Source: Chiloscyllium plagiosum
Taxonomy: Eukaryota
Length of the DNA stretch: 64,000 nt
Direction: 5' to 3'
NCBI RefSeq assembly: GCF_004010195.1
Contig: NC_057718.1
Coordinates: forward strand, 86,292,534 to 86,356,533
Shown: in pieces, positions 27,005-39,498 of the stretch
Position numbering within the stretch: the stretch's first letter is position 1
Layout: every line of letters starts with the position of its first letter
Program-made: the position numbers and the translations under genes
Notes under the pieces: model-generated
Databases searched by the model: none
What the model was told of the DNA's origin: nothing
Seen by the model: only the letters and a program-made list of their open reading frames with translations

Positions 27005-27310
27005 TGATTAGATTATTAGATTAGATTACGTTACAGTGTGGAAACAGGCCCTTCGGCCCAACAAATCCACACCGACCCGCCGAAGCACATTTGCCCCTTA
27101 CCTGACACTAGGGTCAATTTAGCCTGGCCAATTCACCTAACCTGCACATTTTTATTTGGAATGTGGGAGGAAACCGGAGCACCCGGAGGAAACCCACGCA
27201 GACACGGGGAGAATGTGCAAACTCCACACAGTCAGCCGCCTGAGGTGGGAATTGAACCCGGGTCTCTGGCGCTGTGAGGCAGCAGTGCTAACCACTGTGC
27301 CACCGTGCCA
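27005..27310 (-). mobile_element. HE1-type tRNA-derived SINE
   Basis: Head GTGGCACGGTGGCACAGTGGTTAGCACTGCTGCCTCACAGC..GGTTCAATTCC, core GTGGAGTTTGCACATTCTCCCCG, (atcta)n tail. Confidence 0.9.
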
Positions 27311-28099
27311 CCCACATGATGAAACAAAGGAAAGAACTACTCTGAACCTGAATGAATCCATGACAACAAATAATGACACCATGAAACTATGAAGAAGGAT
27401 TTGTGCTCTGGAACATAAAGTGAAGCTTGAAATCATTGAAGCAATTGATCTTGCGAGAAAGAACTGGACATCTCTTGTGCTGAATGGAAGAATTAAGACA
27501 AAAAGAATTTGTGAACTGATGAGAAACAAGTGATCATTGATTACTTGAAATTCTTGAGGTAAATATAGAAGATATTATTCATCAAAGCACTGCAGACAAA
27601 GAAAACCACAATTTCATATCTCCACTTGTTGGTAAAGGTTGAATAAAGAGAACTAAGTTACAATTAAAGGACAATTCTGCATTTAAACAGGATGAGGTCC
27701 ATTTGGATGGTTGATAAGCTTCTGAAAAACTTGGACATCAAAAGGAAAACAAAGTCCCTGCAGACATGGAAGAGAATCAGAAGCGAACCTGTTCAGGGTG
27801 GTTCAGGGACTGTGTTAAAAAGGTCAGCACGGAGATGACAATGTAGTGTCGGTTTCTAAAGAAGTATACATGGAGCTACTGAATTTAGACAGGAAGAGGA
27901 TTATGATGGAGAATTTCTTTTCGGTTCATATCACACAGCTGCTGGTCTGTGAAAGCAGAGGGTCTGTCAGAAATAAGCAAATTCTTGATAAATCTGACCC
28001 AAACTAAGTGAGCAATTTTCAAAAAAGAGGATGGAAAAGCTGTCAGGATTACAGGAAGAGAGAAAGGTGATTTGCTGTGCTGGGAAACAGAAAGTGAAG

Positions 28100-28630
28100 C
28101 CCACCATTTCTGGTCTCCTTCCTATCAGAACAATGCTGTGAAACTTGAAAGGGTTCAGAAAAGATTTACAAGGATGTTGCCAGAGTTGGAGGATTTGAGC
28201 TACAGGGAGAGGCTGAACAGGCTGGGGCTGTTTTCCCTGGAGCATCGCAGGCTGAGGGGTGACCTTATAGAGATTTCTAAAATCCTGGGGGGATTAGATA
28301 GGTTATGTAGACAAAGATTTTTCCTGGTGTGAGGAAGTCCAGAACTAGAGGGCATAGGTTTAGAGTGAAGGGGAAGGATTTAAAAGGGACCTTAGGGGCA
28401 AATTTTTCACACAGAGAATGGTGAGTGTATGGAAAGTGCTGCCAGAGGAGGTGGTGGAGGCTGTTACAATTATAACACTTAAAAGGCATCTGGTATATAA
28501 ATAGGAAGGGTTTAGAGGAATATGGGCCAGGTGCTGGCAAACGGGACTAGATTAGTTTCGGATATCTGGTCAGCATGGATGAGTTGGACTGGAGGGTCTG
28601 CTTCTGTACTGTACATCTCTATGACTTTAC
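28100..28630 (+). mobile_element. CR1/HER1 LINE 3' fragment
   Basis: 'FWSPSY..KLERVQKRFTRMLP..RRLRGDLIE'. Confidence 0.9.
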
Positions 28631-28651
28631 TGCTTTGAATGTTGAACATAC

Positions 28652-28840
28652 TGTAGCCAAATCCAAAGGCGTCTGGCCTACCTGGTTCTTCATGGGAAGG
28701 TCTGCCCCAGGAGCCAGCAGCAGAGCACGGAGTTGTGTCCTTCCTTTCTGTGCTGCTTCATGCAATGGAGTGACAGCCCGTTTATCAGTTACATTGACAC
28801 GGGTGTTGTATTGGATCAAAAGTGCTGTAATATCCACACG
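28652..28840 (-). pseudogene. tnks: Tankyrase ankyrin-repeat exon (189 nt, phase 0/0), diverged copy
   Basis: ttcctttcag|[63 protein letters not shown]|gtatgt vs [67 protein letters not shown] (recalled). Confidence 0.85.
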
Positions 28841-29908
28841 CTGAAAGGAAAACCAAATAAGGACTTAGAAATGTAATGTTCCCCATACACTTCTCGTTTA
28901 AAGTTGTGACTGCATTCATGAAAATTGCAATCTTTCATGAAACAATTTTAAGTGAATCATGAGTTCCATAGGAGTCAATGGGCTCCTTTTGACATTCCTC
29001 ACCCTGAAAAGGCAAAGTCTAAACTGAGATAACACACTGTGTATGTGCAGCGCTGCATTCTGAGCTGAAATAATTCACAAAACAAAATGCATCACACAAT
29101 GTTTTAAAAAAAGATACTTACCTCGTGACTCCATCTGGTGGCAGAGGTTGGTTAGTGCAGGCAGCAGCTGGACATTGAACCCAGGAGCCAGGAGGAAGCC
29201 ATTCAGCTGCACAGGCTGTCTCACCATTCTCAATCAGGGCTGAATGTCTACCTCAACACCATCTTCCTGCACTATCTCCTTATCCCTTGATGTCATTAGT
29301 AACTAGAAATCTAGCAATCTCTGTCATAAATGTCCTCAATGACTGAGCTTACTAAACCCTCTGGGAGAGAGAATTCCAAAGATTCACATAATCTCTGAGT
29401 GAAGAATTTCACCTCATCTCAAACCTGAATTGTTTGCCTTTGATACTGTGATTAGTTCTGGGGGATTCTGCATCCATCAGAACTACTTGCACAGACTGAC
29501 TTCAGGTGGAGAGACGATAGCAAAGAGAGGAAGAGGCAGTGAGAAGGGGAGGGACAGCCAAGGCTAGAGAGTGAGGTGAGGCAGTTGGGGGGTGGTGATA
29601 AAGACCAGAGAGGAGAGGCCGGGCAGGGGAGGCTAGTAGCGGAATGGGGAGGCAGGAGAGGGGAGAAGATGGCAAGGCCATACAGTCACACAATTTCCTT
29701 GTTAGGAAGGGAGGGAGGAACATTTACAGGCCAATTTTAAAAAGAAGAAATCTCTCTATAATCTCAGATAATAATTGAGCTCCAAGAGCCAGAGTCACTG
29801 AGTGCAAACTACCGATAGGTACGGAGTCTTGTTTCACACAAGGAATCAAAATATTGAAAAAGGTGCTCGTAGAGTTTAGTGGGAAGTGATAATGCAGCAG
29901 TTGCTTAC

Positions 29909-29986
29909 CCCGTAGGATGCTTCATTATGAAGTGGAATCAGGTCCCGTTTCTCTTGTACGTTAACATCTGCACCATGCTTCTCCAA
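29909..29986 (-). pseudogene. tnks: 3' part of the preceding tankyrase exon
   Basis: LEKHGADVNVQEKRDLIPLHNEASYG|gtaagc vs TNKS [26 protein letters not shown]. Confidence 0.8.
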
Positions 29987-30375
29987 ACTGTGTGACTCAG
30001 TCCAAGCTCCCTGCCCTGTGCAGGATACAACATTGTCACGGTGTTGTCCTTAGGCCTTTTTCCTCAGCAAAGTGTCCTTCTTTAAAAAAACATGTAGGGT
30101 ACCTTTATGTAGTTCTACAGAATCTCATCATCTTCAAAATAAATCCTTGGATCACAGCCCTTCTAACAGTGTACATTACACAATTACTCAACTTGGTCAA
30201 CATCTGAACTTTCTTGTTTTGTTAGCAAACTGAATAATTTCCACTCTCCAAATCCAGATATCCTTCCTAAACTGGGAACAGTGACTCTAACATTAACTGT
30301 AACTGGATTGTTTTGGACCATAATTTCCAAACAATATTGTGTTATTAATCTGGGATTCTGTTCTTTTCTTTGTAG

Positions 30376-30899
30376 CTAACTTCCTGACAATTGTCCTTCT
30401 AATTTGTGGAGGCTGTGGTCTGTCCAAAGGGATCACTCTTTATTTGGTGGGTATGACGAGAATTGATCTCCTGGTCTTTATTTCCAATGTGATAATCTAC
30501 TACATGCTTTACTATTATTTCCCATTTTCATTTCTACATTTCACCTCAATAAGTACCATCAATGAGGTTATCAACTACACAGCTGTTGACTGCTCTGTTT
30601 GGCTCACGGTCGCTTTCATTGTCGATCGCTTTGTCCTCATTTGTTGCCAGAGGTTGAGAGCAAAGTATTGCAGGGAGGAGACTGCAGCTGTGGTGATAGT
30701 GACTGTGTGTGTTGTGTTTTCATTCAAAAACATCCCCCTGTATTATGCTATTGAGTGAATCTGCATAATAAACAATGTGGAGTGGGGCACTCATTTCAAA
30801 CCAGACTACTTTACCTTACCAGGATGGATAACCTTTGATTGGCTTCACAAAATTTTAAACCCACTATTGCCATATGTTTTCATTTTCCTGCTCAATGCA
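30376..30899 (+). pseudogene. GPR139-like exon 2 5' half, pseudogene C (inverted relative to the cluster)
   Basis: Acceptor tttgtag|CT AAC; very similar to the intact gene; TGA at 30756-30758; truncated after TM5 'FLLNA'. Confidence 0.9.
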
Positions 30900-32664
30900 G
30901 TACAGCTCCATAAAAATGATATCCTGTTCTTTTGGAAACTCAAACCTTTCTCATTTCCATTTATTCAAAGAATTGCAAGAGTCAACATAAAACACATGCA
31001 GTTTAAAGAGTTAAACTGTAAAATGTGATTTACTTCTAATGTTTTGTGTGTGTGTGTATGTGTGTGTATTTATGTCGGTGTGTATATGTCTGTCTGTGTG
31101 TGTGTGTGTGTTCATGAGGGTGTGAGTGTTTTTCAATGCATGTACATTTCAGATTGTTGTGGGAATAAATTTCGGGCGGAATCTTATCGGGGTCTTTGTG
31201 ACGTGGACAATGGCAAGTCATGTGACAGAATCAGGTGACATGTGCAGCGAGGCCCGTCTAAACAGCAAGATGGTCTTGCTCCACCTTTCATGTTTTTGAT
31301 AAGTGGTGTGTGGAAACTCTCACTAGGCAGCAGGGAGATGGGAATTGATGAGCATTAGTGATGGTTAAACACCACCTTGTTAGCATCCCAACTCGGCTCA
31401 TTAATATTCAGCCTCACATCTTATCAAACTCAACAAACAAGCTCATTTTCTGGGAAAACGTAACAAGAAAACCAGAGTGAGTACCTCGTGGATGCAGCTC
31501 ACCGCTTGGTCTGATAGACCTTCATGTTGGAGACCGGACACCAACATCTCAGGGCACAGTCCATGGGCATCGGTCACATGCTCCCCACCTCCACAGACAT
31601 TGACACCCAACACGTGCCAGTCTCAAAAACCCCCATGTCACATATCGAGCCCACTTACAGGGCCCTTCTGCACGTCAATGTTGCCCCTGGTGTGCACTGA
31701 CAAATGTTCTCAATTGAAGATGTAAAGATGGCAACCGAAAGGTTTGGATAATTTAAATATATACACCGACCGTTGGAGAAAAATGCTAACATGTAGATAG
31801 GTCTGAGGAGAAACTGAAATGCAAGAAAGTTTGCAAACTGTTACATTGAATGGTCACATGGTCCTGAGGTAAAGGATGTGAAAGCAAATGATGAAAATGG
31901 TGTTCTGATTCCGAAGTTACTCTGCAGACGCAAGCTGCTGGCACTAAGGTGTCTTCTGTGCAGTTTTAGCACAGAACAGTGGGGAAGATTCCAACAAATC
32001 CTCTCCAGGAATCCTTTCTGAGCGACGCAGATGACTTCAATTAGATCACACAATTAAATTAAACAGATCGCGAAGGCGAGTTACAAAGAAAGGGAGGAAG
32101 AAGTTGATTGTTTCCTCTCAAGGAGTTCTAACTGTGATTAAAAATGTAATCGCCTTATCATGCTCACACACTGGGCTATATAACCTCTCCCTGACAGGTC
32201 TGCAGACTGACTTCTCCTGAACTCCCTGTTCCCCACATTTGTAACATTAATACTGTTAGATCCAGTGTCTTTACCTGAGCAAAATGTTCTCTGTTTAGAG
32301 TTTCAACAGATATATGTATGGCCACCCCATAAACTTAAAAAAATGAAATTTGGATTACATCTCTTCATAAAAATATCATAGAGTCATACATTCATACACT
32401 ATGAAAACAGATCCTTCAGTCCAACAGGTCCATGCTGACCTGTGGGTATAATGGCTGGAGTATTACTGGTGAAAGGCAGCTGACGTGTGGTCCTCTAACT
32501 CTCACCAGCCTCTTACCCGCTCTCTGAAACCCACTCTGCCATCTTCAGCCTCTAGACAGAAAGCCAATGGCTCCCAGTCCTGGGACTGGTCAGCTATGGA
32601 ACCTCCCCCTCCATTGGAGTCAGAATTACTAGCTTGGCCACCACTCACCTGTCCTCACTGCCCA

Positions 32665-35395
32665 TAGAGTCATAGAGACATACAGCACGGAAACAGACCC
32701 TTCGGTCCAACTCATCCATGCCAACCAAATCTCCCAAACTAAACTAATCCCATTTGCCTGCTTTTGGCCCATAACCCTCTAAACCTTTCCTATTCCCGTA
32801 TCTGTCCAAATATCTTTTAAAGATTGTAGCCGTATCTGCATCCATCAATTCCTCTGGCAATTCATTCCATATACGAACCACCCTCTGCATGAAAAAGTTG
32901 CCCCTCAGGGGAACATCCATCTCCTCTCACCTTAAAATTATTCCCTCTAGCTTTGAACTCCCCTACCTGAGGAAAAAGCCTTTGCCATTCACCTTATCTG
33001 TACCTGTCACGATTTTATAAACCTCTGTAATGTCACCCCTCAACCTCCTTCTGTTCCAGTGAATAAAGTCCCAGCTTATGCAGCCTATTCTTATAACTCA
33101 AACCCTCCTGTCCTGGGAACATCCTTATAAATCTTTGCTGTACCCTCTTCACCTTAATAACATCCTTCCTACAGCAGGGCAGCTAGAACAGTCCATATTA
33201 CTCCAAAAGTGGCCTCACCAATGTTCTGTACAACTACAACATGACATCCCAATTCCTTAGCTTAACGGTCTGAGCAATGAAGGCAAGTGTGCCAAGAGCC
33301 TTCTTTACCCCTCTGTCTTCCTGTGACACAACCTTCAAAGAACTATATACCTGACCATCAAGCCAATTTTGTATTCAACTGATAAGCTCTCCCTGGATCC
33401 CATTAGATCGAACAATACTGACCAGTCTACTATACAGAACCTTCTTGGAGACCTTCCTACAGACTGTGTACACAATATCTACTGCTCTGCTTTCATCTAC
33501 CTTCTTGTTCACAGCCTCAAAACACTCAATCAAGTTTGTGAGACATAATTTCTCACACACAAAACCATGAGGACTGTTCATAATCAGTACTTCCTTCTCC
33601 AAATGCATGTAGATCCTATCTCTGAGCATCCCCTTCAACTACTCATCCATCATTTACATCAGATTCGCTGGTCGACAGTTTTCTGGTTCTTCATTGAAGC
33701 CTTTCTTAAATAAAGGCACAACATTTAGACAGCAAAGAAGATTACCTCAGATTACAACAAGATCTCGATCAGATGGGCCAATGGGCTGAGAAGTGGCAGA
33801 TAGAGTTTAATTCAGATAAATGTGAGGTGTTATATTTTGGGAAAGCAAATCTTAGCAGGACTTATTCACTTAATGGTAAGGTCATGGGAGTGTTGCTGAA
33901 CAAAGAGACCTTGGAATGCAGGTTCAAAACTCCTTGGAGGTGCAGTCGTAGGGAGACAGGATAGTGAAGAAGGCTTTTGGTATGCTTTCCTTTATTGGTC
34001 AGAGTATTGAGTACAGGAGTTGGAAGGTCATGCTACGGCTGTACAGGACAATGGTTAGGCCATTTTTGGAACATTGTGTGCAATTCTGGTCTCCTTCCTA
34101 TTGGAAAGATGTTGTGAAACTTTAAATTGTTCAGAAAAGATTTACAAGAATGTTGCCAGAGTTGGAGAATTTGAGCTAAAGGGAGAGGCTGAATAGGCTG
34201 GGCAGTTTTCCCTGGAACGTCGAACGCTGAGGGGTAATCTTATAGAGGTTTATAAAGTCATGAGGGGCACGAATAGGATAAATGGACTAAGTCTTTTTCC
34301 TGGGGTAGGGTGCCTAGATCTAGAGGGCATAGGTTTAGGGTGAGAGGGGTAAGACATAAAAGAGACCTAAAGGGCAACGTTTTCATGCAGAGGGTGGTAC
34401 GGGTATGGAATGAGCTGCCAGAGGAAGTGGTGGAGGCTGGTACAATTTCAACATTTAAAAGGCATCTGGATGGGTATATGAATAGGAAGGGTTAGGAGGG
34501 ATATGGGTTGGGTGCTGGCAGGTGGGACTAGATTGGGCTGGGATATCTGGTCGGCATGGACGCGTTGAACCGAAGGGTCTGTTTCCATGCTGTAGCCCCC
34601 CTCCAGTCTTCCAGCACCTCAGCTGTGGCTGCAGGCAATACAAATATCTCTGCTCGGGACTGCACAATTTCATCCCTCAATACACTTGATCAAAACCCAG
34701 AGATCATCTACCTTCATCCTTTGTATGACTGCCAGCACCTCTTTTTCTGTAATGTTGACTCTTTTCAAGATGTGAATATTTATTTTCCTGAGTTTGTTAG
34801 CTTCCATGTTTTTTTTCTCCAGAGTGAAGCAAAAATATTCATTTAGATTCATACCCATCTCCTGTGGTTCCGTGGATTGATGACCTTGTTAATCTTTTTG
34901 AGGCCATATTCCCACCTAAGCTGCTCTTTTGCCCTCAATGTAATAATAGAAACTCTTTGGTTCATCTTTAACCTGATCTGCCAAGACTATCTCGTATCCC
35001 CACTTTGCCTCACTTTAAGATTTCACTCTTAAAATTGCCCCCCATCCCTTATACTCTTCAAGAGATTCTCTTGATCCCAGTTGCCTAGACCTGGCATATG
35101 TCTCCTTCACTTTCTTGATGAGAGCCTCAATGTTTCTCTTCATCCATTGTTCCCGACTCCTTCCAGCCTTGCCCTTCACTCCAACAGATCATACTGCCTC
35201 TGAACTCTCATTATCTCACTTCTGAAAGCCTCCCACTTGCCAGTTGTCACTTTAACTGGAAATAGTCTACTCCAATCAACTTTTGAAAGTTCCTCTCTCA
35301 TGCCATCAACATTGGCCTTACTCCAATTTAGAACTTTAACTTTTATACAAGGCCTATCCTTTCCCATAACTATTTTAAGACAAATAGAATTATGG
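32665..35395 (-). mobile_element. Degraded CR1/HER1 LINE interrupted by an opposite-strand LINE
   Basis: RT motifs 'RDRIYMHLEK..HGF..CLTNLIECF', 'LNWSKAN'. Confidence 0.85.
33729..34594 (+). mobile_element. Nested 5'-truncated CR1/HER1 LINE
   Basis: 'QWAEKWQIEFNSDKCEVLYFG', 'QRVVRVWNELPEEVVEAGTI'. Confidence 0.85.
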
Positions 35396-35467
35396 GAGCC
35401 AAAATTATAATCAGAGCTAAGATCTTACTATTGTGTCTTGCAAGATACCATCACTCACCAGTCATGA

Positions 35468-35572
35468 ACTGAAAATGTGTTGCTGGAAAAGCGCAGCAGG
35501 TCAGGCAGCATCCAGGGAACAGGAGAATCGATGTTTCGGGCATAAGCCCTTCTTCGGGCATAAGCCCTTCTT
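35468..35572 (-). mobile_element. Penelope-like hammerhead repeat fragment abutting the GPCR stop codon
   Basis: (gaagaagggcttatgccc)x2-GAAA-catcg-attctcctgttccctggatgctgcc; CUGA core absent. Confidence 0.75.
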
Positions 35573-36445
35573 CTATCGTTTAATGGAATTCTGGATGGTG
35601 ATGAAGGGATATTTCACAGTATTCAGCATCTCCTCTCTGAACTCCCTCTGTGTGATTGCGTAAATGAATGTGTTGGTGCAGGAGCTGGATAACTGAAGCA
35701 TTGTCCCCATGCGATCTCCCACCCAATATCCAGCTGGTGCTCTACTATACCACCCAGTAATTCGCTGAATCGTGAGAGTTATGACACGAGTGATCCATAA
35801 CAGGATAAAACTGCCCGATATGGCAAAGAACAAAATGATGGATCTTCTTCGATTCTTCATTTCTGGATCATTCGGCTTATCTCCATTTTGTTGTCCTCTC
35901 AGCTTCCTGCGGACTGCACTAGCCAGAAGGATGTGTCTGATGGTGACAGCATTGAGCAGCAGGATCAGGAAGAAAGGGAGCACTGGAGTTAAAATATGAT
36001 TCCCCCAGTCAAAAGCTATCCATGCAGGGTACTGAATGTATTTACAGGTGATTATACAAAAGTATGTTTCATACTTAAAATGCAATGGGATTTTGTTTAA
36101 TAAACTCAGTAAACTGACAGTTGTGATAATGACAGCTGCATTTCTCTCAGTGTAGAATTTTCTCTTCAGTTTCTGGAAATAAATAGCCACCATCCGGTCA
36201 AAGGTGAAGATGACTGAGCCAGACTGAGCTACTTACAGCTGTGGAACGAATGATGTCTCTTTTGCTACAACCAGGAGAGATGTAGAAGAATACAATGCGT
36301 AGATATAAGTAAGTCATCTTGTACAGTATGACCTGAATAACAACAACCAGCAGATCTGCTACAGCCATAACGATCAGGTACCAAGTGACACCTTTAGAAA
36401 GACCACACTTCCCTCGTGACAGTGTCATGATTGCGATTAGGTTAG
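35573..36445 (-). pseudogene. Divergent GPR139-like exon 2, gene D (full length, one frameshift)
   Basis: tttacag|CT AAC; NLIAIMTLSRGKCGLSKGVTWYL..SSVWL/VIFTFDRMVAI..SSCTNTFIYA..KYPF; apparent 2-bp deletion near 36215. Confidence 0.9.
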
Positions 36446-36939
36446 CTGTAAATGTAAAAAAGGTGACACCAAATTGTAGGCTGAAAATGTGTGCAAGTAG
36501 TGTAAGAGTTAAAAATTTACAATTTTACAGCTGACTTTGTAGGGATTTTGTCTGAGTGAGTCAACAAGTAAGTTTCTTAATAACAGTGTAGATACAATTT
36601 GTGCAAAACTATAAAACTTAGTTTTAGGGAAGTGCAAGTAATGTCAGGGTTTTTGCAGGAATTCTTGATGTGCGGCCCTGTGTCTTTTCCCTCCAAATCT
36701 TACCAAATGCACCTTATCAATGTCCATGCTATCCTAGGGCATCCCTCACATCCAAATCTCTCCCTTACTTACCATGTGCTCTTCCCAGAAAAATGTGGCA
36801 CTCACTGGATATCCTGGAATGATTGACATCCCTTGTGCCGATGCCAACTTTAAAATTCTACAGTGCACCTGGGCAAGCACTGTGAGGCCTGAACTGTCCT
36901 GCATGGTGACTGAGAAAGAGAACCATTGGTTTGCCCCTG

Positions 36940-37170
36940 GCCTGGCAGACATGGGGAAATGGGCATTCCAGTTTGTGGGCAGGAACCTGGAGCTCCTGCT
37001 GGATGTGGGGATTCAGACTCAGGATATCTTATTCATCCACAAACACCAACAGCGATGGGCATGATAGTAACCCATGCCAGCCTGGTCTGAGGTTGCCACT
37101 CCAGCCAGTGCAGTCTCAGCCATATGCAGAACTGACTAGCAGTGTAGGGAGATGGTCCTTCTCCACTCTG
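36940..37170 (+). mobile_element. Myb/SANT-like Harbinger-type remnant
   Basis: 'ADMGKWAFQFVGRNLELLLDVG', homologous to 10915-11150. Confidence 0.5.
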
Positions 37171-38605
37171 CCACTGTGCCACCATCTTCTCTCCTCTAAC
37201 TCCCCCTCATTCTATCTCTGATCCCATCCCCTCCTTCCTTTAATGGTCATAAACCACCACTCACAGTGTTGCCTGAACCATCTTCCCTCACTTACACTCA
37301 CTCTCCCTACCCATAACACCACTTGCCCTTGGCACTGCCTCCTCACTCACTCGGGTCACCTTCCCACCTCCACCAAATGTCACAGCTGTCCCACCCACTT
37401 TCAGCTCCCTTCATCCCTTCCTCTCTTTCACTCCAGGAGGAAAACATCCCTCAATAGGGCAAAAAAACATCATGGCAGGTGGTGGGCTGCCAGACATTCA
37501 ACTCCTCATCCCCCTGTGAGGATAAGACCCTGACTGTCTGATTGATCATGTCCAATCCTCTGGACTAGTATCAGAGGCTGCCCTTGATTTACTCTGTGAG
37601 TGAAGTCTATCTCATTTGTCTTGACTGAAGATGCTGACACCCATGACAAGCTTTCTGCCTTTGTCTCTGAGCTCAACGGCAAGGCAAGGCAATCGGAATC
37701 AGGGGATGCTACAAACGTTCACTCGCCGAATGAGGGCAGCTCCAACAACACTCAAGAATCCCAACACCATTCAGGACGATGCAGCCCGTGTGATTGGCAC
37801 TTCATCCACTTCCTTCTGCACTGACTCCATTGGCAGAGGGACAGCAGTGTGTACCATCTACAGATGGATTATAATAACTCACCAAGACCCCTCAGACAGC
37901 ACCAAGGGTGATGACAGTGTCACCTACAATTTTCCCTCCAAGCCATAATTATCCCGACGTGGATCTAATTCGCTGTTCTTTCTCTGTCACAATCCTGGAA
38001 ATCCATTCCTCCATAATCTGCACAGGCTCAGCAGATCAGGAAGGCAGCTCAACACCACCTTCTCAAGAATGGTTAGAGATGGGCAATAAACACTGGTCCA
38101 GTCAGTGACCTGTCACATCCTCATAAAGAATATTTAAAAATACAGTGATCCTTCACAGGGTGTGAGGAGCTTCAGGATGTTCTGATGGTGTAAAAGGCCT
38201 GACATAGTCCATTCCTGAGTGTAATTCTTTGGTGTGAGAGAGCACACATTCTATTGCAGTGAAGGTGCATCTCCCCACTTTGCTTCAATGCACAAAACAA
38301 CATCCAAATACAACACATCCTCACTGAAGCCTGGAAATAAATGGAACAGTCCTGGAAATTAATAAATACATCCTGATGTAGGATTTAACACTTGAAATAA
38401 GTTAAATGCAAAGAATTTGACTGGAGCAGATGGACCCCAGTTTGGCTGCATGTTCAAATTGGTTATGAGACTATGACTAAAATAAGGAGAAACATCACGA
38501 GATGTTAATGATCGATAGCATTTGAACTAAAACTCTAAATGTATAAGGATGCAACAAATACTATACCAACAGGTTACATTATCAACAACAGTTACAATCA
38601 CTCGC

Positions 38606-38687
38606 ACAGAACTCCAGTGACCCCAAGGATGGGATAGAAAATGGGTTCAATATCAAAGAGCAGAAACATTAGATCCACCAGATTCAT
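38606..38687 (-). pseudogene. Exon 1 of GPR139-like gene D
   Basis: MNLVDLMFLLFDIEPIFYPILGVTGVL-T|gcgagt; same phase 1 and I-E..Y..L...GV pattern as other first exons; GC donor. Confidence 0.7.
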
Positions 38688-39498
38688 GTTGAGTGGTGAA
38701 TTCGAGTGTCCTTCAGCATCAAACAGGTTTCATTAACACTCTGAGCTTACTCGGTCAGTGAAGCCATTTTTGAATCCAGGTGAGTGACACTCACTGAGCC
38801 CAAGAGGCTGACGAAGCTGTTGTAATTAGTTCCAGCCATTGGAGTAAACAGGTTAACTCACTGAGTTTAATGTATGGCGGTGAAGAGAAACAGAACTGAT
38901 GTACAGTCGCTTGATAAAGTAAAGACCAAACACTGGAGCAAAAACATTGAATTAAGAAACTGGCAACAGAAAAATGACCATTGAACTTCTCAGACCTGCC
39001 TTGGCTCCTGTCAGATTGATCCACTCACACCCATTTCTCTTGCTCCTTTCCCCGTACTTTTGTCCCTTTGAGAAACATTTCATGGATTCTCCTTCCTTTT
39101 GGTTGCTGCAAACTCTGACAACTCCATGTCCAAACATGTGCAGGTTGAGTGGATTGGCTATGCTGGGGATGTGGAGGTTAGGTGCATTAGCCATAGGAAA
39201 TGGAGAGTTACAGCGAAACAGTAGAGGGTGGGTCTGGCACCCACCAAACACATCTACCCCTCCTGCCCTGGTCAGTATTCCATTTGGGACACTCCATCTG
39301 CAATATACTGGTCCTTTTCTCTGTCTTTGGAGGGTCATTGTGGACTCATTGGGCCAAAAGGTCTGTTTCCACACCATATGGTTTCTATGATTGTATAATT
39401 CTATGAACCCTTGTCCCTGTGTGCTCATGTGTGTGGATCTCATCTCATGGCCTGACAACTGCACAAGATTCCTAAATCTAGGTTTATATTGGAAGCTG

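Noticed and set aside
29115..29144. GAG|gtaagt donor-like site and CTCF-like CCACCAGATGG in the tankyrase intron
   Set aside because: No recognisable exon upstream, and short motifs alone are not evidence
31500..31700. Inverted copy of 11597-11770, each downstream of a truncated GPCR
   Set aside because: Intervening sequences do not align; best explained as a dispersed Harbinger-type repeat
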